A stretch of 64,000 nucleotides of DNA, taken from positions 1 to 64,000 of the forward strand of contig NIVC01001088.1 in the NCBI GenBank assembly GCA_002269645.1. The letters are read 5' to 3'. The notes under the pieces were generated by a model. That model was given only the letters and a program-made list of their open reading frames with translations. It had not been told where the DNA came from and searched no databases. The DNA is from Macrostomum lignano (lineage: Eukaryota). The translations under genes were made by a program, and so were the position numbers. Within the stretch, counting starts at the first letter, position 1; every line of letters starts with the position of its first letter. Positions 51,620 through 62,380 of this stretch are shown here, one piece after another.

Positions 51620-53030
51620 CTCCCCCCAGTATAGTGTGCCTCACTCGAGAACACGAGGACATTGCCCTCTTTAGTGTCTCCAAAACAGTGCCCCACTCGA
51701 GGACAGTGCCCCCAAGGACACCCACCGAGGACAGTGACCCCCCGAGGACAGTGCCCCCCCGAGGACAGTAGTCCCCAGGATAGTGCCCCCCAGGATAGTG
51801 TCTCCAAAGACAGTGCCCCACTCGAGGACAGTGCCCCCCCCGAGGACAGTAGCCCCCAGGATAGTGTCTCCAAAACAGTGCCCCACTCGAGGACAGTGCC
51901 CCCAAGGACACCCCCGAGGACAGTGCCCCCGAGGACAGTAGTCCCCAGGATAGTGCCCCCCAGGATAGTGTCTCCAAAGACAGTGCCCCACTCGAGGACA
52001 GTGCCCCCGAGGACACCCCCCGAGGACAGTGCCCCCCCGAGGACAGTAGTCCCCAGGATAGTGTCTCCAAAGACAGTGCCCCCCTCGAGGACAGTGCCCC
52101 CGAGGACACCCCCGAGGACAGTGCCCCCCGAGGACAGTGCCCCCCGAGGACAGTGCCCCCCCCGAGGACAGTAGTCCCCAGGACAGTGCCCCCCAGGATA
52201 GTGTCTCCAAAGACAGTGCCCCCGAGGATCCCCGAGGACAGTGCCTCCCCCCCCGAGGACAGTGCCCTCCCCCGAGGACAGTAGTCCCCAGGATAGTGCC
52301 CCCCCCAGGATAGTGTCTCCAAAGACAGTGGCTCCCCCCCCGAGGATAGTGGCTCCAGAATAGTACCGCCCAGGACAGTGCCACCCCCCCCTACGAGGAC
52401 AGTGCCCCCGAGGACAGTGCCCCCCGAGGACAGTGCCTCCCGAGGACAGTGCCCCCGAGGACAGTGCCCCCCGAGGACAGTGCCCCCGAGGACAGTGCCC
52501 CCCCCCGAGGACAGTGCCCCCGAGCACAGTGCCCCCCGAGGACAGTGCCCCCGAGGACAGTGCCCCCGAGGACAGTGCCCCCCGAGGACAGAGCCCCCCG
52601 AGGACAGTAGTCCCCAGGATAGTGCCCCCAGGATATTGTCTCCAAAGACAGTGCCCCCGAGGACACCCCCGAGGACAGTGCCCCCCCGAGGACAGTGCCC
52701 TCCCCCCGAGGACAGTAGTCCCCAGGATAGTGCCCCCCAGGATAGTGCCCCCAGGATAGTGTCTCCAAAGACAGTGCCCCCGAGGACACCCCCGAGGACA
52801 GTGCCACCCCCCCCCGAGGACAGTGCCCCCGAGGACAGTGCCCCCGAGGACAGTGGCCCCCCGAAGACAGTGCCCTCGGAATAGTTCCCCCCCCCAAAAT
52901 ACTGTAGTATTTCTAAAGACAGTGGCTCCCCCCCCGAGGACAGTGGCTCCAGGATAGTACCGCCCAGGACAGTGCCCCCTCCCCCCGAGGACACCGCCCT
53001 TGAGGACAGCGCCCCCGATGACGGTGCCTC
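51620..53030. repeat. GC-rich compound minisatellite (ccccgaggacagtgcc-type)
   Basis: Direct observation; open in several frames on both strands. Confidence 0.93.
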
Positions 53031-53292
53031 AGGATAGTGCTGCCTAATTAAACCTCGGAGATTGCATCGCGAAATTGGCGCTTTACTCGTACACGAGCCA
53101 AGCCATCTTGCTCGGATGGCCAGCTTCCTTTCAGAGCGTCTTTTAGAAGCAGACAAAAATATAAAAATCCACTGAAGTCCAACACACTTGTCTTTTCTAT
53201 AGAAAAATGTAATTTTCTCGTTTATCTACTAATAATAACCCAAAAATAACGCCTTCTCAATACCAGGTTAAAGAAGAATAAGAAGAGCAAAG

Positions 53293-56200
53293 ATGGTGCT
53301 GGTTTGGTAAGCATTTTATTACATTTTTGGAGCCTACAGGCAGTACAGTTCTCCATTGAGAACAGTTACCCATTGAGAACAGTTCCCATTGAGAACAGTT
53401 CCCATTGGGAACAGTTCCCCTACAGTTTTCCATTGAGAACAGCTTTCTATTAATGACAGTTCCCATTGAGAACAGTTCCCAATGAGAACAGTTCCCATTG
53501 AGAACAGTTCCCATTGGGAACAGTTCCCCTACAGTTTTGCATTGAGAACAGCTTTCTATTAATGACAGTTCCCATTGAGAACAGTTCCCATTGAGAACAG
53601 TTCCCATTGAGGACAGTTACCCATTGAGGAGAGTTACCCATTGAGGACAGTTACCCATTGAGGACAGTTACCCATTGAGTAAAGTTCCTCATTGAGTACA
53701 GTTCCCCATTGAGTAAAGTTCCTCATTGAGTACAGTCCCCATTGTGGACAGTTCCCCATTGAGTACATGCAGTTTTCCAGGGAGAACAGTTCCTACATGT
53801 AATTTCTGATTTGTGAGCTGAATATGGCGCATCGGGATCAAACTTTCTTACAGGTTCCTGTTGGTTCTAATCCAAACATCTGGAAATCTTGCCGTTAACA
53901 GTTGCCAAAATGGAGGTACATTCGATTATAGCACTTTCAGATGCTTCTGCACCACTGAGTTCTATGGGGAGAGTTGTGAGTCATCCTACATTGACAACGA
54001 TCCGTGCTCAGATACCAGCATACCGGAGATTGCCGATTCAACGGGCTCTCATGGACCAGCCAGAACTCAGTCCTGCACAGAAACGGGTACTTGCTTTGAC
54101 TTCTCCAAAATTTCAACCGGATGGTATAGGATTAACTCTCCGGCCGGGAATGCACTGACAAGCAGGTGTCCGGATACAACAAGCACCTGTGGAAGCTCCG
54201 CGCCATTCATCGTCACAAACATCGTCCAAGAACAGAACGCCAACAGGCAACTCTATTCTGCTAAACTGTCTAAGATAGTTAGGTCCGGGCCCAACTGTTA
54301 CGATTCCAGTGGCGACAACTATCCGGTGAAAATCCTGGAATGTGGATCGTACAAACTTTACTACCTAAGACCGACAAGCTACGCTGAGCATCACTACTGC
54401 ATTGGAGACAGGAAAGTGTGCGCAACTGGGTTCGTTTCAGCAGATGGCAGCGGCTACGAGCCGTGTCACGATGCCACTTCCTGCTTGCCGACGTTGAAAC
54501 CTGAAGCTGCTACGTCACCAATTCTACGACAAGTCAGAATCAATTTAAACCAATACAATTACCACAGTTACTTCAACTGCTCGTTTCAGAACGTATTTCA
54601 AGCTCCGAGCAACTTCACGCTGGGACTTCGATACAGAGTAACTTACCGGCTGACATTTCACAATGGTACAAAAATCGATATCCCAGACTGCACGGCTGCC
54701 GATTTGAACATTGCATCGAATTCAAATGAAACAACCACAGTGTCCTGCAGGCACGACAAATTTCTTAGACCGCATTCTAACATCTACGGTGGAACGCTGG
54801 AATGCGTGCTGCAAGCGAAGTGCAACTCGGCAACCTCGAATTACATTTCCCAAGAGCTTAGCTCCGTACCGCACAGATTTGAGTTCCTATACAACCTGGT
54901 TGATCCCGACACCAATGCAACCACGTCCGTGATAACGCCTTCCAAGCCTATTCAAATATGCATTAATGTTTCGAAAGTGCCGACAGCCAGTGTAGGAAAC
55001 GAGGGCGGCATTAAGTTTCGAATTACAACGCGCCGAAAAGCTCTAATTTTGAAGGACAAAATCACTATTAAGGTCAACTCGTCGATAGGAAACGAGACAG
55101 CAACTCCTTGTTCGGTAGAGTTTCCTCCTATGTTTATCGGTGCAACAAGAGCTTGCACAACGCTGACACTGATGAACGAGGACGACGATGGCTTGATTGT
55201 TGCCGGTCTCACCGAATCCCAGTGGACTTCTCAGATCGAAGTGAATGTCAGTTACTCTTCAATGGCATTAAAAGGAGTTTACACTGGAAATCGATGGGTG
55301 AAAATTCAGTCGCGCAAGCTAACCATTGATCTGAGTCCGCTATACGGGGTCGAACGCAAGGACTATTTGCACGTTTATTATGACCCCTATATCAAGCCGG
55401 CGAACTTGGATTCAGCATATGGATCTTTCATTTCCGGCGACCAATGCAGAGTACTGTCTTTGCTGCGACACAGTACTCTGCCATACGAAGTACAAGCGAA
55501 GGAGTGCGTCCAGAATTCGAGAAATTCATTCGCGTCGTTTGTCACTCAGTTGGCTTTAAGATACGAGAATTACGTAATTCAAACATACAGCGTAGGTGGT
55601 ACATTTGCTTATACAACAAGGAAAGCAGCAGCAACTAGTGTACTGCCGCTGACTGATGACGATGTTCCCTGGGGAGTAACGATTGAAAAAGCCAAAACTG
55701 GAGTGCGGCTGAAGCTTGACCTGTATGGCACAATAATTTACACCTGGGGCTTTCGCACCGGATCTCGAGGCTGCGCACACACCTTTATTCAGAGTCGAAA
55801 ATCAATGCTTGAATTCGATGCTACGCGGTGCTCTTCTTCACGTGCTACAACGGCTGGGTTCGATGCACTGGATACCATGGTAATCCCTGGGTTCTACGAT
55901 ACTCCTAGCAGAGTGGAGGGTCTCATGTACAAACCTAATGCAGCATCGTGGACAGTATCTGACACCATTGCCTTGGAAAGCACTAGAGATATGTTCTCAA
56001 ACAACTTTGTACCAGATTCAGTTCCAGAGAGTCTTTTGAAGCCAGTTCAGACGCTAAATTTTTGCTCCTGCTACGACGGTGACGAATACAAACCGTTAGA
56101 CCTGGCTGGTAGGTGTGTTATCAAACAAAATAAAACGATAAGCTACTCAAGAAAAAAGCGGTCAGTTCCTCGTCCTGGTCCCATCCTCTGGCAAAAAATC

Positions 56201-56753
56201 GCAAGAGCAGCCAGACAGTCAGCTCAGAGCAGCAGCACCGATACAGTTACAGCGGACAAGGCGACGCAGCACTGCAACGACCGTATTAGACAAAAGAGGC
56301 AAGATCGTCACCGAGTGTTCAAAGGCAACCGGCATCATTGGATCTATGGATTTTATATCTAAATTCAAGACTGTTTGCAGTCAATACGCTATCCAGCTAA
56401 ATTCATTCAACTTGACCGAGTCTCTGTTCAACTCTTTCGCTGGCGAATGCGTCAGGAGTCTCAGCTACAACGTGTCGATTGTGCTAAACAGCAAAGCCAG
56501 CAGCATCATCCAAGACCTGGAGGCTGAGATCTGTCCCAATGGCTGCTCAGGCTATGGAATCTGCCTCTCTGGAGCTTGCCAGTGTACCGGAGGTTATTCA
56601 GGAGATGACTGCCGCGAACTTACAGTCCAGACTGGCGAAACTGGTGGAAATAATCCTACGGACGGCGCCGGGGCCATCATTACATCATTAGCGGCTTTGA
56701 TTGTAGCGCTATTCTTCGTAGCCACAAGTTGCAAAATAACTCCGATTTATTAA
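53293..56753 (+). CDS. von Willebrand factor D and EGF domain-containing (VWDE)-like secreted/membrane protein; apparent +1 frameshift at about 56293
   Basis: Exon 53293-53306 (ATG GTG CTG GTT TG|gtaagc) joins 53854 to give signal peptide MVLVWFLLVLIQTSG. EGF SCQNGG..CFC..FYGESC; UMOD/OIT3-type D8C GWYR..C..CGSSAP..ILECG..YYL..YC; vWD-like YDPY..EVQ; RKKR site; second EGF ICPNGCSGYGICLSGACQCTGGYSGDDC; C-terminal hydrophobic segment. Confidence 0.82.
53345..53790. repeat. 16-bp minisatellite (ttcccattgagaacag) in the VWDE-like intron
   Basis: Direct tandem repeats. Confidence 0.93.
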
Positions 56754-57920
56754 GATTGCTATATATTAACAAAACATTTCAAAATTACTCTGCCAAAGGA
56801 TTTTTATTGACAATTTTTTATATTCATATCTACTTACTCGAAACTTTACTCTCGAATTTGTTAATCTATATTTTTTTAATTTTTGTTCATAGCTGCAACA
56901 GCTAGCTTTAACCACGAGCATGTTTTTTTTCACTATATAAGTCTTTGTATATTTGTATCAGAGTTAAGTTTATTGAATAGTTCAATCGATGCTTATAGTT
57001 CAAATTTTAGCTCACTCCGTTAATTTTCGTTTTATTTTTGGTTTCTATAGCTTAGCTATTGTTACGCGTCAGAAGTTGCTTAAAATATTTATTCAGCATT
57101 CAAATTCAAATTCAAATTTTGGCTATTACCATATTTTGTATCTGCTTTTGTAGATATTCCGACCTTAGTCTGATGTTCAAGAGCGACGCTAAAATTTATC
57201 CCTGTTTATAACAAAAGTTTATAACTACTCACGATTTTTAACCGAATTTTTTAAATGCGGTTTGTTACATTAACAAAATTTACTGATTAAAAAATATACA
57301 CATTGACGAGCTCGTAAAAAGGTTTTCAATTTAGCCTATTGTAAATCTTATTGGCCTTGTGTATTCTTGTGCAAACCCTTCTAACGATTTATAATTGTGA
57401 CTTTAAATTACAGTAATAGAAAATATTTCAGACATAAATCTTTATTATAGTTCACCCAGCAAGCGAATTTATTTGTTTTAACAAGATAATCTTTGTTCAC
57501 GGATGTTTCTAAGCACAGACCGCTCCTGCTGCCGCTTTTGCATTTGCTGCCGGCGGCACCTTGCAAGTAGGGGAGCTGCAGGTTGTTGAAGTTGCCGCCT
57601 GCGACTGCACACCATGTGGTAGGGGTACTTGCCGCACCTGGCCACCCCGCAACCAATTAAGGTGGTCTTGTCCCATACCATCTGAGTGTAATGACCGCAC
57701 ACTTTTCTACAGCTCTTACTATTGTAGTTGTAGTCTTTGTACTCGTCAAACCACAACTGCACGTTGCTGAAATCGAATTGAATGCTTATTTTTTATATAA
57801 CTATAATCGTTGTTGACGTTACAGAGAAGCTACGAGGGAATTTTTTAACACTAAAAGCAAAGCCCTGAAGGCCAGCAATCCAACCTATATTATCTAACCT
57901 ATAACCTATAACCTACTAAC

Positions 57921-58193
57921 CAGGAGCGTCGCTATGGATTTAATGTTGAAGGGGACAAAGCTAAAATTCTACATGTGCATGTACATTATTAAAATTCTAC
58001 ATGTACATTATTTTCAGAATCGGTGTTGTCAGCGATCATTTTAGCGCCGCAGGCGCTGTTTTGTCGCCCTGAAGCAAAATTATTGATTTCCAGGTCAACA
58101 AAAGTGGGGTAGGGGACAAAGCCTTAGAATATGTCCCCCACCCATAACGTTTCTGGGGGGATCCTGTCCCCCCCCCCGGTGGCGACGCCCCTG
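57921..58193. mobile_element. hAT-type MITE, 273 bp, in the CAP gene intron
   Basis: 12-bp TIRs caggagcgtcgc / gcgacgcccctg (1 mismatch), flanked by ctactaac / ctactaaa (7/8 match, 8-bp TSD). Confidence 0.75.
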
Positions 58194-58611
58194 CTACTAA
58201 ACCTATAGCCTATCTAAGTTATAAGATATTCAGCCGATGTTAACTTTGATACCAAATCCCTTTAAGCCATAGCATAACCCTAACTCTCCCTTTGATGCTT
58301 GGCCCGTGGCTTTATATGTATGATAGGGTTTAGGGATTAGGGTTTAGCGCAATGCGACAACATATTTACCTTGTAAAGTCGTCACTTCTTCCGCCAGCCC
58401 AGTTCTGTCCGACCCAGCCGAATGGGGGCAACTTTCTGTCCGCCGCTGACTCGAGACCAGCCCGGCACTTCTGCACCCATTTGTTGGCGCTGGCCATGAG
58501 CCTGTCGTCCCAGACCATTTTTGATTAATTGGAAATGAAAACAGCAACAGTTTTTTAAACTTGGGGGTTGGCGAACCATATTTAGAGAAGTGGCATTTGT
58601 GTGCATCGGTA

Positions 58612-60570
58612 GGAGTGGCAACCCATCTAGAGGAGTGGCAGCCCATCTAGAAGAGTGACAACCCATCTAGGATCGTGACAACCCATCTAGGATCGTGACA
58701 ACCCATCTAGAAGAGTGACAACCCATCTAGAAGAGTGACAACCCATCAAGGATCGTGACAATCCATCTAGAAGAGTGACAACCCATCTAGGATCGTGAAA
58801 CCCATCAAGAAGAGTGACAACCCATCTAGAAGAGTGACAACCCATCTAGAAGAGTGACAACCCATCTAGAAGAGTGACAACCCATCTAAAAGAGTAACAA
58901 CCCATCTAGAGGAGTGGCAGCCCATCTAGAAGAGTGACAACCCATCTAGGATCGTGACAACCCATCTAGGATCGTGACAACCCATCAAGAAGAGTGACAA
59001 CCCATCTAGAAGAGTGACAACCCATCTAGGATCGTGACAATCCATCTAGAAGAGTGACAACCCATCTAGGATCGTGAAACCCATCAAGAAGAGTGACAAC
59101 CCATCTAGAAGAGTGACAACCCATCTAGGATCGTGACAATCCATCTAGAAGAGTGACAACCCATCTAGGATCGTGAAACCCATCAAGAAGAGTGACAACC
59201 CATCTAGAAGAGTGACAACCCATCTAGAAGAGTGACAACCCATCTAGAAGAGTGACAACCCATCTAAAAGAGTAACAACCCATCTTGAAGAGTGGCAGCC
59301 CATTTAGAAGAGTGGTAACCCATTTAGAAGAGTGACAACTCATTTAAAAGAGTGAAAACCCATTTAGAAAAGTGACAACCCATCTAGAAAAGTGACAACC
59401 CATCTAGAAGAGTGATAACCCATCTAGAAGAGTGACAACCAATCTGGAAGAGTGACAACCCATCTAGAAGAGTGACAACCCATCTAGGATCGTGACAACC
59501 CATCTAGGATCGTGACAACCCATCTAGAAGAGTGACAATCCATCTAGAAGAGTGACAACCCATCTAGGATCGTGACAATCCATCTAGAAGAGTGACAACC
59601 CATCTAGGATCGTGAAACCCATCAAGAAGAGTGACAACCCATCTAGAAGAGTGACAACCCATCTAAAAGAGTAACAACCCATCTTGAAGAGTGGCAGCCC
59701 ATTTAGAAGAGTGGTAACCCATTTAGAAGAGTGACAACTCATTTAAAAGAGTGAAAACCCATTTAGAAAAGTGACAACCCATCTAGAAAAGTGACAACCC
59801 ATCTAGAAGAGTGATAACCCATCTAGAAGAGTGACAACCAATCTGGAAGAGTGACAACCCATCTAGAAGAGTGACAACCCATCTAGAAGATGACAACCCA
59901 TCTAGAAGAGTGACTACCCATCTAGAAGAGTTACAACCCATCTTGAAGAGTGACAACGCATTTAAAAGAGTGAAAACCCATTTAGAAAAGTGACAAACCA
60001 TCTAGAAAAGTGACAACCCATCTAGAAGAGTGATAACCTATCTAGAAGAGTGACAACCAATCTGGAAGAGTGACAACCCATCTAGAAGAGTGACAACCCA
60101 TCTTGAAGAGTGACAACGCATTTAAAAGAGTGAAAACCCATTTAGAAAAGTGACAAACCATCTAGAAAAGTGACAACCCATCTAGAAGAGTGATAACCTA
60201 TCTAGAAGAGTGACAACCAATCTGGAAGAGTGACAACCCATCTAGAAGAGTGACAACCCATCTAGAAGAGTGACAACCCATCTAGAAGAGTGACAACCCA
60301 TCTAGGATCGTGAAACCCATCAAGAAGAGTGACAACCCATCTAGAAGAGTGACAACCCATCAAGAAGAGTGACAACCCATCTAGAAGAGAGACAACCCAT
60401 CTAAAAGAGTAACAACCCATCTTGAAGAGTGGCAGCCCATTTAGAAGAGTGGTAACCCATTTAGAAGAGTGGCAACCCATCTATAACAGTGGCAACCCAT
60501 TGAAAGAGGTCAAAACCAATCTAGAGGAGTGGCAATCCATCTTAATGAGAGACAACCCATCTAGAAGAAG
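58612..60570. repeat. 20-bp satellite (agaagagtgacaacccatct), about 95 copies, filling CAP intron 1
   Basis: Direct tandem repeats with higher-order blocks. Confidence 0.97.
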
Positions 60571-60937
60571 CAGCCCATAGGAAGGGTTGCCACTATTCTT
60601 TTCTGGCTTGCTTCATTTGCAATATAAAGAAGTTCAGAAAATGCAGTATTGTTAATATGATTTTGTGCTGAAAGAACTAATTTTGCAAATGCATTTTGCT
60701 GTAGCAACAATTACCAGCTCCGCCATGTCTGCCGCAGGCGGCTGACCAGCGGTCTGTCCTTTAGCTGTTTGCGATCTCAGCTTATTGTGAGCGTCCACAA
60801 TGGCTTGCTTTTGTTGCGGTGTCAGCGACACTAAGCTGGCTTCGCAGCATGTCGTTGTCATGAAAACCAGTAGGAGCAATGCGACTAAGTCTGTTAATCA
60901 TGGTTAAGAACGATTGATGGAGAAAGCTTAGGATTGG

Positions 60938-61530
60938 CAGCCCATCGGAAGGAGTGGAAACCCATCGGAAGGAGTGGAAACCCATCGGAAGGAGTGGAAA
61001 CCCATCGGAAGGAGTGGAAACCCATCGGAAGGAGTGGCAACCCATCCAGAAGAGTGGCAACCCATCCAGAAGAGTGGCAACCCATCCAGAAGAGTGGCAA
61101 CCCATCCAGAAGAGTGGCAACCCATCCAGAAGAGTGGCAACCCATCCAGAAGAGTGGCAACTCACCCGGAAGAGTGGCAACTCACCCGGAAGAGTGGCAA
61201 CTCACCCGGAAGAGTGGCAACCCATCCAGAAGAGTGGCAACCCATCCAGAAGAGTGGCAACCCATCCAGAAGAGTGGCAACCCATCCAGAAGAGTCGCAA
61301 CTCATCCGGAAGAGTGGCAACCCATCCAGAAGAGTGGCAACCCATCCGGAAGAGTGGCAACCCATCCAGAAGAGTGGCAACCCATCCAGAAGAGTGGCAA
61401 CCCATCCAGAAGAGTGGCAACCCATCCAGAAGAGTGGCAACCCATCCAGAAGAGTGGCAGCCAATCCAGAAGAGTGGCAGCCAATCCAGAAGAGTGGCAA
61501 CCCATCCAGAAGAGTGGCAGCCCAACCCAT
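60938..61530. repeat. Related 20-bp satellite (agaagagtggcaacccatcc) immediately upstream of the CAP gene
   Basis: Direct tandem repeats. Confidence 0.96.
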
Positions 61531-62239
61531 CGAAAGAGTCACCACTCCTTGCCCGAAATAAATATTATCTGGGCTGTGTGGATCTGAGAATCGACGCTAA
61601 GGATTTGTCGTGCCCAAAATCGCATACCTAATCTTTAACTTATTAATTGTGATGAGGACGCACTTTTTCCCAAATCCCGCGCTAGCACATGGGCTCTTAA
61701 CTTACTTGCCTACTAACAGTGGGCAGTGGGCATTTTTATCCTTTTTCTGCGAATTTTCATAGAATCTATACTAGATATAATGTCTGGCCATACTAGTAGT
61801 CATAATAACATAGGCGCAGCTTTTTGGGTCATAAATCATCGCTTTCGAAGCTGATCTGACAGCCACCTGCGCCTCACTCAGTGTTGAAGCGGGCGCCAGA
61901 TGGTCTGAGAGGATGCGGGCGGTAGCTTTTTTCTCATCATTTTGACAGGCCATCAAGATTTATGAGGTCAGAGCCTATTGTTCGGATTCACTCAAGCGTG
62001 TGACAGCTTTGACAGCTATGCGTTTTACCCCTAAAAGTACCTTGGGATTAGCGATTAGCAATTTCTCTTCATTATCTTCACTTTCTATTTAATAAGAGCT
62101 TTCTAATGTATATTTTTTCATTAATTTCTGTCAATCCTACGCGAAAAGTCATAAATCATTTTGTTGCGATTTTGAGTGATTTATGGCCGCACCTGTCATC
62201 TTTTTACGACCCTGTGGGAACTGATAGGATCTCTCGGTC

Positions 62240-62380
62240 ACGTGATTCTGGTAGCAACGAGCTTAGCCAATCAGAAAATTCGGCGCTCATTTTAACAAAA
62301 CGGCTCAGCCAATCAGAATCGACGTGTTCCGTTATAACAAACTGCGGTCCAGTTGGCGGCTATTTAAACCGGAGTTTTTG
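62240..62380 (+). promoter_or_regulatory. Putative Pol II promoter-like cluster (E-box, two CCAAT boxes, TATA-like)
   Basis: gtcacgtgat at about 62237-62246, agccaatcagaa twice (about 62264 and 62306), ctatttaaa at about 62360. No downstream gene recognised. Confidence 0.3.

Larger units (their letters stand above)
57408..60901 (-). pseudogene. CAP superfamily (SCP/TAPS, venom-allergen-like/GLIPR/PI16) gene with multiple lesions; pseudogene or error-laden sequence
   Basis: Exons about 60901-60715 (signal peptide, IVDAHNKLRS, PPAADMAEL), 58515-58370 (VWDDRL..WVQKC, VGQNWA), 57766-57408 (LWFDE, CGHYTQMVW..IGCG, GGNF). Lesions: ATG one base out of frame, TG instead of AG before exon 2, frameshift at the conserved CNY. 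Confidence 0.8.

Noticed and set aside
58320-58350. Telomere-like ttaggg variants
   Set aside because: Only a few degenerate units; not an interstitial telomeric array.
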